A program made the translations under genes and the position numbers. The notes below the pieces were generated by a model. That model was not told the origin of the DNA, did not search any database, and saw only the letters and a list, made by a program, of their open reading frames with translations. This document shows, in pieces, positions 39,119 through 52,085 of a stretch of DNA of 64,000 nt; position 1 is the first letter of the stretch, and each line of letters starts with the position of its first letter. Source of the DNA: Fistulifera solaris (lineage: Eukaryota); NCBI GenBank assembly GCA_030295235.1, contig AP026124.1, positions 1,178,001-1,242,000 on the forward strand, given 5' to 3'.

Positions 39119-40249
39119 GGCAGTTTGTTGGACTTTTCGCAATAACCGTCAGACGATCGTTGCGACTATGACTTCACCAGTTGGTTGGCAATCCGCAGCA
39201 TTTAAAATTGAACGAGATAGATCTCGCGCCAAAACACGTCGGAATTAGTGCAGCTCTTGTCATCACCCAAATACCTTCGGTCGTATGTCAAGTAGGAGTC
39301 CTACGCCATGCCATTGCTCCTCATTCGTTCAATCAAATTGTAAAGGCCTCAACCGCACAGAAAAGAGTCTTGAAAGATTACCTTTGTTTAGTTTTACTTA
39401 TCTAGAAAATCTTGTGGCCTTTTCAACGCTAGAATTTTTATCAGCTTCTGCCACGACTTCTCAAATTGGGATAACGACCGCTATCCGTTGACCGGCCCAC
39501 AGAGAAATACCTCAGGAAATGGAAATGATACTCCAGTCATGGACTCAATTTACGTGATGGTTATGATCAAGGATGCAAATCGGACGGGTGGTCGAGATTG
39601 CAAGCCAATTTTGCAGGGGAACGATTCGGTGTGGACTCAAGCGGGCCTTTCCCGATATTTGGCTTCCAGGCACCTACCAAAGCATTTAAGCTCGAAGATT
39701 GCAGAAGAGGCATAAGACACCCTCAATCCCAATTGATACAGTTGAAAACTGTTGGGCGTGTCACGACCCGATTGTTTTGTTGTGAAATACCGTTGACAGA
39801 CGCTCATGAAAATGAGTAGAAACACGGCGACAAGCGGCTTCCTCGTCATTTCGACAAGCTCACATGCATCATAAGTGAAAATTGATAGAAAACGGTCAGA
39901 TTATCGCCTTGGTTTGGAATGCAATTCATGAAGGTCATCATCGATGGATTGGAATAATAAGCATGGCAAAGAAATGGGCGAAAACTCATGTGCTATGCAT
40001 GGGCATTTTTGGCGTAAGAACACCGTTTGCTTGCCAACGGCTTACTCTAACCATTCACAGTACATGTTGTTTTGGAGCGGTACTCATGTTTGTGTTAGTG
40101 TCGTAGTGTGTTTGTAAATGTCACAGAGGGTGCACGGACAGACTGGACCCTATTTGAGGCTCGTGACTGAAAATCGTTGATAAACCCTTCCAGGACTTAA
40201 TCCATTGCGGACAATTTATGTTACAGTAAATTATCAAATAGCGCACTAC

Positions 40250-40268
40250 GGTACCGGTACCGGTTACC
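40250..40268. promoter_or_regulatory. (GGTACC)n cluster upstream of PHGDH copy 1
   Basis: ggtaccggtaccggttacc. Confidence 0.45.
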
Positions 40269-40487
40269 GCTACTGCAAAGTACTAAAAGCTCGTATAGCC
40301 AAAAGCAGTCTCAAGCGTTCGGTGCGGTTTTGGGTCTTTCCGCCATCAAACATCAAACATCAAAACAGAGCCGCACAATTATTTGTTTCGCTTTCCGCTG
40401 ATTGCTGACCAGGTACCGTTACAATTTACAACTCACTCCTAGCATTCCCTCGTCCCTTTTTCAAAACAAAATCATCTTTTTGTCAAA

Positions 40488-41902
40488 ATGACTTTACTCT
40501 CTTTGCAACGCTCTACGGCGGCAAAAACTCTATGGAATAGTCGAACCCGAGTCTTTAGTTCAAAGTCGGCAGGGCTTTCGGTTGATGTTGAACACTTTAC
40601 GGCTGGATGGAACAATGCGGGAGGCGACAATGCAGCAGCAAACGGAAAGTGCTCCGTTCAGACCTTCAACAAGATTTCACCATCTGGGCTTAGTCGCTTT
40701 CCGGAAAGTTACTACAAGGTAGAGGCAGCAGAGTCGGCCTCGGGGCCGGCCAACGTTCTTTTGCTGCGCTCGCACAAACTCCAAGAGTCGGAAGTCGATG
40801 TTACTGTCCGTGCCATTGCTCGTTGCGGTGCTGGAACGAACAATATTCCAGTTGCTCGTATGACTCAGTTAGAATTCCAGTCTTCAACACCCCCGGTGCA
40901 AACGCAAATGCCGTCAAGGAGCTGATCTTATGCGGTATGCTGCTCGGTAGTCGTCGTATCGTTGACGGTGTCAATCACATGAAATCGTTGGGTGAGAAGG
41001 GACTCGCTCGTGAGCGTGTTGAAAAAGACAAAGCGATGTTTGGAGGACGAGAGATTCATGGAAAGACTCTTGCCGTCGTCGGTCTGGGTCACATTGGCTC
41101 CCTCACGGCACGTGACGCCACGGCCCTTGGCATGAAAGTCACTGGTTACGACCCTGGTCTTTCCGTCATGTCCGCTTTGAAGCTGCCTCGAGATATGGAG
41201 CTGAAGGACTCGATTGCCTCGGCCGTCGCTAATGCTGATTACATCAGCATTAACATTCCTTACATCAAGAAGAGTCCACAAGAAGGTGGTACTCACGGCA
41301 TCATCGGCAAAGAAGTAATTAGCCATTTCAAGAAAGATGCTGTTCTCTTAAACTTTGCTCGAGGCGAACTCGTGGACTCTCACGCAATGAAAGCTTTTTT
41401 GGATGCCGGTGACGGCAGATATGTGTGCGATTTCCCGGATGATGAGCTTTGGAATCACCCCAATGCCATTCTGCTTCCACATTTAGGAGCCTCTACTTAT
41501 GAAGCCGAAGATGAAGCAGCCAGCATGGCCGCGGATACCCTTCGCGACTACATTGAGCATGGTGAAATCCGTAACTCTGTCAACTTTCCTACTACTGCAC
41601 TAGAAGAACGCCACGACCAAGTTGTCCGTGTGACCGTGGTGAATGAAAATCTTCCGGGTGTGCTGGCAAAGATCACTGACGTGTGTGCCAAGGCCGGCAT
41701 GAACATTGCTCAGCAGATCAACCAGTCAAAGGGCGACATTGCTTACAACGTAATCGACCTAAACGCCTCAAACAAGCCTATGGATCTTAAGGACTTTCAA
41801 AGAGACATGACAATGATTGAAGGTGTCCTAAGTACGCGAATCATTTTCGGTGCCCCGGGAGTAGGGTTTGCACGAAATGTGAATGGTCAATACGTCGTTT
41901 AA
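40488..41902 (+). CDS. D-3-phosphoglycerate dehydrogenase-like (with ACT domain), copy 1, intronless
   Basis: AIARCGAGTNNIPV, PVFNTPGANANAVKEL, GLGHIG, LNFARGELVD, PHLGAST and a C-terminal ACT domain; frameshift at ~40871. Confidence 0.9.
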
Positions 41903-42419
41903 ATTTCCTATACATCAATCAAAACCCGTCAATAAAAATAAACAGTTGCTGAATACGTATGGTATTTTTGTTTCTATCCACGACGCACGTAGCATTCAGA
42001 CGACAAATATGTCAGGTTACTGGTCCATGGAAACATAGTCGAGTCCCTTGCGTCGGCGAGACTCGAGTCGTTGCCCGTTGCCCATTGCCCACCACAAAAA
42101 GAACGGAACGTTCCAGGTTCCAGGCACGGTCCGAGTGCCGTTTGAGGTACGTGCACGTTCTCGGACTAGGAAGTAATGACGCGCCAGATCAGCGTCGGAC
42201 ACAGTCCAGACTCCAGAGGTTGTACTCGTATCGTGGCCGTTACACAAAAAGCCAGAGTCCGCGCAATAACTTCCCCATCGTTCCGTCGTTCCTCCACCCA
42301 TCAAAAAATCCGTCCCATTGCGCATTTCAAAAAAAATCTAAAGTGGCCCGATCCTTCGGCATTCATATCCAACCTTTCTTCTCATTTTCGAGCCCAAGCA
42401 CCGACTCTTTCCAAAAGTA

Positions 42420-43907
42420 ATGGCCTCTACTATTCTGAAAAGCTTTTCGACGACGGCGCAACGTAATGTTGGCAGCCAACTCTCGTCGGCAATGCGTTCG
42501 TTCGCTACCATCCACGTCGAACATGGTCGCGGCGTATGGAAGACATACGGCGATGTGACCAACTACACGCCCGGAAAGTTTCAAATTAAAACATTCAACA
42601 AGATCTCGCCGATCGGTCTGGCTCGTCTATCCGAAGATCGTTACGATATCCGCACAGAAGAGCAAGATGCTCACAACGCTCACGCTATCCTCCTTCGATC
42701 GCACAAACTGAAGGAGGAAGAAGTCGCTCACACCGTTCGTGCTATTGCAAGGTACGTGTTGAGTTTCAGAAGAATCCTGTGTTTTATAAACGGTAAATTT
42801 GAGTCTGACATGGCAATTCATCTCTGTAGATGCGGTGCAGGAACCAACAACATCCCAGTGGCTCGCATGACAGAACTCGGCATCCCGGTATTTAACACTC
42901 CGGGTGCTAACGCAAACGCTGTTAAAGAGCTAGTGATTTGTGGACTCTTCCTAGGAAGCCGAAAGGTTATTGATGGAATCAATCATATGAAATCGCTCGG
43001 AGAGCAAGGCCTTGCGCGCGAACGCGTCGAAAAGGACAAGGCGATGTTTGGAGGACGCGAAGTGAATGGAAAGACTTTGGCTGTAATTGGGTTGGGTAAT
43101 ATCGGTGCCGCTACGGCTCATGATGCTGCTCAACTGGGAATGAAGGTGAAAGGGTACGACCCTGGTCTCTCTGTTACAGCGGCCTTGAAATTGCCGAGCA
43201 GCGTGCAGTTGAGTGATTCGATTACATCGGCAGTGGCAGATGCTGACTACATTAGTATCAACATTCCCTACATCAAAGGAGCTAATGGTACGCATCGCAT
43301 CATCAATGATGAAATCATTAAGCATTTTAAGCAAGGAGCTGTCTTGTTGAACTTTGCGCGCGGTGAACTTGTGGACTCGGATGCTTTGAAGAAGCATTTG
43401 GACACGAAAGACGGTCGCTACATTTCAGACTTTCCCGATGACGTTATCTGGAACCATGAAAACGCAGTAATCTTACCTCATCTTGGGGCCTCGACGGAAG
43501 AAGCCGAAGACGCTGCCGCCTCTATGGCCGCTGATACTATCAAAATGTTCCTTGAGGAGGGTTCCATTCGGCATTCGGTCAACTTCCCGACTACTTCACT
43601 CCCTGAGCGTCCGAAAGGAACCGTGCGATTTACAGTCGTTAACAAGAACGTTCCAGGCTGTCTCGCCATGATCACTGAATCCTTCGCGAATGCCGGTATG
43701 AACATTGTGCAACAAATCAATCAATCGCGTGGCGATATTGCGTACAACATGCTTGACATTGATGTTTCGTCAAATGGCGATGTGCATTCGTTCAAGGACG
43801 TTCAAGAACAAATCACTCAAATCGATCATGTATTGAGCACCCGAATTCTTTTTGGAACTCCTGGTCAAGGTTACGCCAAGAAGATTGACGGAGAATATTT
43901 CGTCTAA
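42420..43907 (+). CDS. D-3-phosphoglycerate dehydrogenase-like (with ACT domain), copy 2
   Basis: Same motifs as copy 1 plus a mitochondrial-type presequence; a 78-nt GT-AG intron at 42752-42829 is read through in the ORF track. Confidence 0.92.
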   Translation: MASTILKSFSTTAQRNVGSQLSSAMRSFATIHVEHGRGVWKTYGDVTNYTPGKFQIKTFNKISPIGLARLSEDRYDIRTEEQDAHNAHAILLRSHKLKEEEVAHTVRAIARYVLSFRRILCFINGKFESDMAIHLCRCGAGTNNIPVARMTELGIPVFNTPGANANAVKELVICGLFLGSRKVIDGINHMKSLGEQGLARERVEKDKAMFGGREVNGKTLAVIGLGNIGAATAHDAAQLGMKVKGYDPGLSVTAALKLPSSVQLSDSITSAVADADYISINIPYIKGANGTHRIINDEIIKHFKQGAVLLNFARGELVDSDALKKHLDTKDGRYISDFPDDVIWNHENAVILPHLGASTEEAEDAAASMAADTIKMFLEEGSIRHSVNFPTTSLPERPKGTVRFTVVNKNVPGCLAMITESFANAGMNIVQQINQSRGDIAYNMLDIDVSSNGDVHSFKDVQEQITQIDHVLSTRILFGTPGQGYAKKIDGEYFV

Positions 43908-44267
43908 AGCTATTAAATGATTTCCTTGTGTAGAACATTGTGCATGTCACTCGAGGTTTCTAGGTCTAGATTATGCATCCATCGTCCTTCTGTGTCCTAA
44001 GTCGATAGAAAGGATGGAATGGGTTCTTGACTAGCGAATAGAAGATATGCAACTTACAAGTTGCCGATCTCGGTTCCTCGTCGATCAACAGCTAAAAAAA
44101 GGCGGTTAAGGACAACCATAGTTGTCTTTGCTGACGATTCCCATCTGACGAAAAAAAATTGAACTGATGCATACCGTCGGAAAATAAATTGGTTCTAAGT
44201 AACACGCACTTCCCTAGTGAATCTCTACAAAAGAAGGCTTTGCTTCACTAGCGAGGGTTTAGAAAAT

Positions 44268-44910
44268 TTAGTTCTTTCCGAAGATGCTTCCCTTAGGAGC
44301 GAATGGCTTAGCATCGTTCTTCTTTCCAGAGTAATCATATTTAGTCTTGGCCATTCGGTGTCCCAAGTTGACATCCTTCTTCCAATTTCCCTCTAGGTTG
44401 GTTCCGCGCTTCAAGTAGAACTCGTCGAAACCAAGGAACTTTCCGGCCTTAGCGACGTTCTTCTTGTAGTTGGCTGCCTTTTTGGCCTCTTCCTCGGCAC
44501 GGATCTTTGCGTATTGCGCCGCAGTCAATCCGCTGGGGACGTAAGAATTGGCACCAATGGTTCCGGTCTTCAACTGTACATACCACAGTGAGAAACGATT
44601 TAAGCTCAATCACCATAAATACGATTACAAAGCAATAATATCAACTTACGTTCTTCTTATCACGAGCACCATACTTGTTGGAGTCCTTGATAGGGGCCCA
44701 AAGGTCCATGTTGGCGATCTTATATGAAACAAAACGAGGGATTATGAAGCGTTAGCAACACAGGCTGCTTCAAGAGATCGCAACATAAGAAGTCATTGCA
44801 CTTACGTCGTCGAAAAGAGCATCGACTTGAGTGCTGGCACGTCCGGCCTGTTGGGGGACGAAAGCCGAAACAACAGCGAGGGAGGATACGAAAACAGCGG
44901 CTAACTTCAT
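44268..44910 (-). CDS. Small basic plastid-targeted protein of unknown function (3 exons)
   Basis: MKLAAVFVSSLAVVSA-FVP presequence; exons 44806-44910, 44650-44718 and 44268-44573 splice in frame (…LFDD|IANMDLWAP…DKKN|LKTG…YVPSGLT…KRGT…GHRMAKTKYD). Confidence 0.85.
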
Positions 44911-45787
44911 GGTGATAACAGCAAGGAAATTGATTTGACTCGTAGGAATAAGCGGATGAATGTCGATTTGGCTGCTCTTTTTCACGTCAGGGACGAAGTT
45001 GATGGTGTATCTTTCTTACTTTTACCGACAGTCATGCGACGAAAGCTCCGGGTTTCTTTTTGAACATCTGCCATGCGTACGAACTTCATCGATGAACGAG
45101 CGAACGACAGAACGCAGAACCCTTCTGTGTCGCTGAACTGTTCGTCTTTCGAAGGTCTGACGTCATATGTTTGACGACGTCACATCAACGAAAATGCCGC
45201 TCCTTACCTTCTCCTTCGCTTCCCAGTTAACATACCCCTCTCCCTACCGGAGAACTAGAACTACCTATGGTTTTTACGGCAGCCGCAGTCTTTCTAGTTT
45301 TCGAAGTCAAGGTCGTACAATAGGTTTTCTAGAGGGCGTCTGGCAAGAAGCAAATTCCTGAAAAAGGAAAGACCGGGATTCAATTGTTGTAAACTTGGCT
45401 CTTTATTACCTTTATCATTGCCTTTATCGACATCGAGACAAAAATGAGAGGTGATCTTAAATGCATCTATTTCCCTCATAGTGATTTGAAAGGTCAAAAA
45501 TCTTTCAATGACTAAAGAAGTTGCGATTCCTCAAGCGAAAGCGATAATTACTTCAAGCACTTATTCCGCCATTTATTATCCGACTCCATGTTTGGATCAA
45601 GAAAAACCTACAGCACACCGAGCATAATGGCATCACCCGTCGGAGCCTAGTTGACACACACACACACATAATCACCGAGTTTGACACTCTAGTTGTGGGT
45701 TGTGGCACATCAAGATTTCGGAAATTATCTTACTCAATGCAGCCTTTAATCAAGGGAAAATCGTCAATTTGGATATCGTTATGAAAT

Positions 45788-46193
45788 TTATAGGAGAGGC
45801 TCGGTCTGTGTCTGCTCAGGCGAATGACGAGCAACGATGGTAAAGCGACGAGTCGCATCGTACTGCTTCGGCAAATTCTCTTCTAAAAGAATAGACTTTT
45901 GTAAACGAAGCTCCTGCAAGTGTAGATGTAATGTTAGTGATTGACCGCAATATAATCAGAAGCAAAACGTCCGATGCATTTTGCACGAGATATATACTCA
46001 CGTCATCTCTATGTATTCTCTCCATGAAGGAGTACCCGGCATAGCAGGAAAAGAAATTGATGACAAGGAGAAACTTCGGAAAATGTTCTCGACTGAAGAT
46101 GGTTCGACGCAAGGGGCCTTCCCGTCGGATCGAAGAAATATTCGAATGAAATGAGCTCATCATTCGCACAGCCTGTGTTACACGAGATGCCAT
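45788..46193 (-). CDS. Small hypothetical single-TM protein, possibly mitochondrial
   Basis: Arg/Ser-rich N-terminus and hydrophobic FLLVINFFSCYAGYSF; GT-AG intron 45914-46001 gives in-frame exon 2 ELRLQKSILLEENL...EPLL*. Confidence 0.6.
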
Positions 46194-47320
46194 TGCTGTT
46201 TAATTTTAATGATCACAATTTTCAGCAAGCGTATGATCTTTCTTAGCTAGAATGGAGACAGTAGGAGAGACGCTTCCAAATCTCTTTTTCTTGCGTTGTT
46301 TATTTGGTTTGTGTTTGAAATTTTGGAAGGCGAAGAAACAACAACATGAAAAAAAGACAGGAGCCAGGAGCCACGAGGCACGAGCACGAAGCCTCGACGT
46401 GGTCATTGAATGACGCGCGATTCATAAGTACTGCTAGTACGAAAGTGCACTGCGACATGAGTAATAACGTTTTTGATGACGCACGCTTTCTAACTTTCCA
46501 ATTTAAAGCATTCTTTCCTACGGTTGAACACTCCGTAGTTGCTAAAGCTATTGCAAATTGCAAAGCTAGCATCAGAATCTACCAGGCGATAAAACGGTAG
46601 AGCGCAAGGCGCAAACAGCAAACAAGGAGCTCCCATGGCTATCACCGTTCACACCCCATCATAAAACTACCGGTACGGCACCACGATTGATAATTGATAA
46701 TTCATTGCCAGTCTCGGACCCGCTTCGACTTTCCCAATTTGGTGCATAGAAATATGGTTGATGGCAACTCGCAACTACAGGAACCAGAAACGCATTGCAG
46801 GACTCAATGAATCAACCTCAAACGAAAGTCAAAGTTAGTTGTTTTTAAATCCCTAGAACAAAGAATAAACTCAATCTAATTGTGTGAGGGTCTTCGACCA
46901 AACAAAAAAGGCCGCATCAGAGGTCTACTTAACGAGAGTTGGTCAGATCCCAGGTCCATTGCAGGTGCAACAAGCGGAGCTAATGGCAAATAAGGGTGGC
47001 GATCCCCTCTAGTGATTACTGTAAATGAATATGTTTGCCATTATCCAAGGCACAAGTTAGGAGTTTAGTTCAGTCAAAGGGGAATATTTGCTTAAGATTG
47101 GAATTTATGCTTCACTTTGAGACGCTCTCTTCAGAAACAACCCGCTCAAGTTGGAGAGCTGCGGAAGAATGACCAAGTCTAGTAACCACTAACCTTATAG
47201 TAATTTTGTAACGAATCCTCAGCCGTTCGTTCGAATTTTAAGTTAAAACCCGATCAGCAACATTCTGTTATCACTAATGATGTTATTCACCTCAATTCAA
47301 CAAACATAAAACAGAAACAT

Positions 47321-49016
47321 ATGATGATGTTGTCACGCAACTTGACTGTAGGCAGGCTCCTGCTGCGCTCACATTTTTCCGAACCGCCTATCATGCGTCT
47401 GCGATTGTCCAAGAAGGGGCCGAAGAGATTGCGTCCAAAGTGGACAAAGACCGCCTAAAAATTGCGGCTCGTGACTATAACAACCGCCGTGCGGCTTATC
47501 GGAAACAAGTTAGTCAGATTCGCAAAGAATATGCCGAACAGGTGGCTCAGCAACGAGCAGCTGATTTGGCAGAACAAGAGGCTCAGCAGAAAGCAGCCAC
47601 TCGTAGACGACTTGAACGACAAAGGCTCAAAAATATTCGATCCGCTCAGAATGCTTTGAGGCAAGAGGAAATGAGAAAGCAGAGAGAAAAGGAGTTTAAT
47701 GATCATTTGGTGAAGATGCAAGCCAAGCGCGATCTTCAACAAGAGCAGTACACGAAAGCTCGACAGAATTTGCTTGACGAATTAGAAAAAGTTGCGCCTC
47801 TATGGCTGACAACTCCCGAGGAAGTTGAAAGTGCCTTTTCATCAGAAGCAGAGCAGCTGCTATGGACATTCCCAGGTGGTATTTTAGGAGAACCAAGTCC
47901 GAGTTTGGATGCTCACTTTTGGCAGCATGAGACTCATACATGGCAGATGAACCGCACGTACAAGTCTCGTCGGGAAGCTCTTCTTGAAAAGGTTCAAGAA
48001 ATGGCTTACAACGAAGCGAATATTGATCCGTCTTTTTGGACGGAGGATCGCCTCAACGAGCGAAAGCAGTTGCAGGACAAAGCCCGTTTGCGCGCTATGG
48101 TCAAAATGGCGGGGGAGCGTTCCCTTTGTGGAAACAGCGCTTGATGATGGAAGAACTCTCCGCTACAAAAGAAGACGGTATTCCTCAACCAATCAGAGCG
48201 CCCAGTAACCAACTGCTTCGGAACGACAGCGCAAAAGAAGCCGAAGGCTATCGTCTCTTGCTTGAGAACCCAACTAAATTTTTCGTTTTCGATGAAGATA
48301 AAGATGATTACTCAAGACGCACAGAAGACCAGGAAAACTACACAGGTCCTACTCTAGGGTCTCCGATTGGTCTGCGAGACCCTCTTCGTGAAGACTCAAA
48401 TGATGGACAAGTCTTTCCCGAAGTTGTTGGGAAATTTATAAAACCGGATATGCGAACGGAGAGAGAAAAGAAACAGCAGGAGCGCGAGGAAAGTATGCTT
48501 GCTGCTGCACAAATCGAAGCGCATTCAGGTGATTTGACTATTGAGCTGGCCGCTGAGCAACAGGTTGCGGAAGATCTTGAACCCGATTTGGACTATGATA
48601 ATAACGAGTGGGATTCCGATGATGAAGAATGGAAGAAGGGGCTTGATCCGATCATCGACCAAAAGATTTTGGAAACTCCCCGTCAAAATCGTTTCAGTGA
48701 GGACGATATTGATTGGGTTCTCGCCCAACTCGATGGCAAGATCATGCACTTTGAACAACAGCTGAAACAAGACATTGAAGATATGAGACGACGAATTCGA
48801 ACCGAACTGACAACCTCGGCGCCAAACACAAGTGGATCAATCGGAGGGCTAGAGGAATCACTGCTTTCTCTCTCAGAGGAACAGTTAATCCTGCTATCAG
48901 ATTTGGATGAGCAACACGAAGGACTAAGTCCCGACGAATATGATGAAAGAGTGAAAGCCATTGGGCTCCCAGAAGAACAGATCGCGAGCATTTTAGGACG
49001 AGATCGCGACGAATAA
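47321..49016 (+). CDS. Coiled-coil protein with mitochondrial-type presequence (possible mitoribosomal mS26-like N-terminal half) and acidic C-terminal half
   Basis: Two long ORFs joined by a frameshift at ~48125 (another at ~47350); charged helix YNNRRAAYRKQVSQIRKEY. The family assignment is tentative. Confidence 0.65.
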
Positions 49017-50088
49017 CTTGCACATAAAAGTGATGAGCTCGTACTTTACTCGATAGTTATTAATTTGTGACCACTAGTCAAGGTAGAATGTAGAACGGCA
49101 ATGTAATGTAGTTCTTTACCGCAAACAACGATAGGTTGCCTTTTCCCGGGTTTCAGCATCGATTCTTCCACGAATAACTACCGCTCACTGGGATGGGTAA
49201 AGAGTGGCAAGTACCGGTATCGGTAAAGCTATGTTCTTATGCTGAATAGGCTCTTGGCCTCTCGCTGGTTGTTGTGTCATTGTCATTCATGCGCAGACGT
49301 CAGTCTCGTCAAACGTCCTACTCGGGACAAACAAAGGATACGGGATACGGAGAATCGGACAAAAGCAATCCGATAGATCGGAGAAAGCGGCGAGGGCAAA
49401 AGGCAAACGACGAAAGGAATAGAAAAGGTCCGTGGACCGTGGACCGTGAGAACGTGAACCTCACTTCTCACATCAGACTCACAATCGGAAGCCAACCAAA
49501 CAAATACAACCTCAAACCTCAACGGATCAACGCTTCAATGATCCGTGTTCCGTAGGATGCTGTCCATGTTGCTGTAGAAAGAGTACACAAGTTTGAAGTC
49601 TCTCGATTATAATGTACTAAGTGCTACGAGGGACTTGAATAACGGAAAATAGAAGCGCTCTTCGATTTTCCAGTGAGACATGTGCCGACGTAAAATTTTT
49701 ACTGACTTCATGGCAAAAGTCTTCCGTCGACAAGATGCGCTGTGCGCTGTGACTCACAGCTTTTCACAGTCTCTTCAAGTGCTTTCACAAGGCAGGTCAC
49801 ACCACTCACAGCCGCAGTCATCGTTCATCGCTCCACGCTTGACATTCCCTCGAATACTCGTACAAATTCTACACCACTTGCACGCTACAAGAACGGGACA
49901 ATGTAAGTCAACAGTCGACGTGACCCTACAAAAGTGGTTGCAATCGAGGATCGAGGAGGATCACCCCTTTCACCGCACAGTGCTTTTCACAGCAAGTGTC
50001 AAAACAGAAAGAGACGACTCGTTTCGAATCGACCACTTCCTTTCCTCACTATTGATTTTCTTTGATTAAATCGGTCTCTTCAGAAAAC

Positions 50089-52085
50089 ATGAACAACAGA
50101 GGACAAGTCCCTACGCCGGGAGGCGATCAGTCGGCTTTGTCGCTTCTCGTCAATGCAGCGGACGGTCACGATAACGCTCGCTTGCAGAGAGAGCTGAATT
50201 CTCTTCAAGGCCGTTCCTTTGCAGACACTCTTCGCCTTCGCGGGCTTGGCGTTGACGGAGGTGGCTTAGGAATAGAAGAACAACTTCTCATGGCGCAACA
50301 GCACCAACAATCACAGTTCGGTAATCAGGCCCTGCTGGCTCATCTTCGCGATCAAAACTTGCTTGCACAGCTTGGGCATTCACAGCAGCAACTGGCGTCG
50401 CTACTCGGTCTCGGCGGTGGAGGAGGAGGAGGCCATGGAAATAGTCCAGCAGGCCACGACATCCGCAGCCTCCTAGCCGCGCAGATGCGGCAGCAGCAGC
50501 AACAACAGCAGATACAGCAGCAATTGACCAACGCCGATCTACTTGCTTTAAGTCGATCGGGCATTCCAGGGTTGTCTGGAATCCTTGGTGGAGCTGGATT
50601 GCCAGGCGGCGGCATATCGGGTCTACCCACAGATCTTGAAGGACTTCAGCGATTGGAAGAGCTTGAACGTCGTCAGCTTCTCTTAAACGCCTCCGCGCAA
50701 CACGGTGGCCGTATCCCTTCTCCGATGATGAACCCGGCCGCTCCGGAGCAAGCACGCAGTCAGCCTCAGGCTAGTCGCGTGGCACGACAACCCGAGTCAA
50801 TGCTCCGGGCCGATGCCCCTGCATCGACTGCCTTACCCGGGCGAAAGAAGGAGAAAGAACCTGCTGCTGCGGAGGTACGCGATACGGGAACGAGCGCAAC
50901 CAGCAAAAGTGAAGTCGAAAAGTCTCCTGGGTCTGTAATTGTACCTTGCCGAGCCAGAGGTATGCCTATGGATCACAACTTCAAGGTAAGTCATAGAATC
51001 CGTCGTTTTCCTTTTCACAACAAAATCTCACCTTCTGTATTGAACATAGACGGCATACTTCGTAATCCCTGAAAATGTGAAGCACGGGGAGGAACTTATT
51101 TGTTCTTACTTTGCTTGCCGCAATGCTGGCATCAAGTTCCGTTTCTGTTCGCACTGCAAGGTCCCTGTCGCCAAGAGAAATTTTCGCAAACGTCACAAAC
51201 ATGGTGGAGAAATTGTTGCCGGTGAGGATTCTGGCGACGAAGATGATCCAAAGGAGATTACAAAAGGAATCCCTGAACAAATTACGGCGAATCATGAAGA
51301 ATTCGGTGAAGGAGATGCAGTCTCTTCTCAGAGTGCGGACTCGGATAATGCACACGACGTTCCAGATGTCGGAAATAAAGCGATCGAAGATGCGAAGGGT
51401 CTTGTTCGCCTTTCTATGCGTAATTTCGAAGAATCTAAAAACGCACAGGTCCATGACTTGGTCAAAAAAGATATGCACGTCAGCCCAGAGCGCAAGCGCC
51501 GCTGGTTGTCCCTTTGACCAAACGCCCTTTCACCAAAGATGGCGACTCCATGTCGAACTGGTTGATGGAAGTGCTTGCCGTTAGCGACCTCGAAACTCCT
51601 TTAAAACCAGATTCTTTGGATGTAGGCACGAGTAATATTATCAAGGACAACGAGGGTGTTCGTGACGACGATGACTCCGCAAGTAGTGGAAACTCTGACG
51701 ACGAATCTAGCAAGGAGGATCTCGCACCCGTCGCGGTCGAGAAGAAGCGCAGTGCTGATTTGATTACAAAACATACGGAGCCAGTGGACGGCCAGAAACC
51801 TAAAGCGGCTGGTGGTAGCTTTGCTGAATGGAAAGAACGCAAGAAACAGAAAAAGCAGGCACTGGTCGAAAGTTCGTCGACTCAGGAAAAGGATGTAAAG
51901 CAGGATGCAGATGATTTGGGTGAAAAGGATCGAAATCAGACGACAACGCTGTTGAAGGCGAAAAGCAAGAAGATAAATTGCCAGAAGTACCCCAGACAGA
52001 GAAAGTGGCCAAACCGGACGAACAAATGGAAGCAGATGTTAGCGATAAAACAGAGCCGGAAAAAGGAGACGAAAGTGGAATTTAG
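50089..52085 (+). CDS. Putative Zn-binding transcriptional regulator (Q/G/L-rich N-term, Cys/His domain, acidic C-term)
   Basis: VPCRARGMPMDHNFK|TAYF..ICSYFACRNAGIKFRFCSHCKVPVAKRNFRKRHKH; intron 50986-51049; frameshifts at ~51513 and probably ~51923. Confidence 0.75.

Noticed and set aside
39180..40110. Short ORFs between NOL10 and PHGDH, including 39637-39849 (-) with a hydrophobic start
   Set aside because: No domain, no convincing splice model; cannot distinguish from intergenic noise.
44268..44910. Naming the small plastid protein as a specific photosystem subunit
   Set aside because: I cannot recall a reference sequence well enough to support a gene symbol.
45654..45668. (CA)n microsatellite, and (CT)n at ~11014-11027
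   Set aside because: Ordinary short microsatellites.
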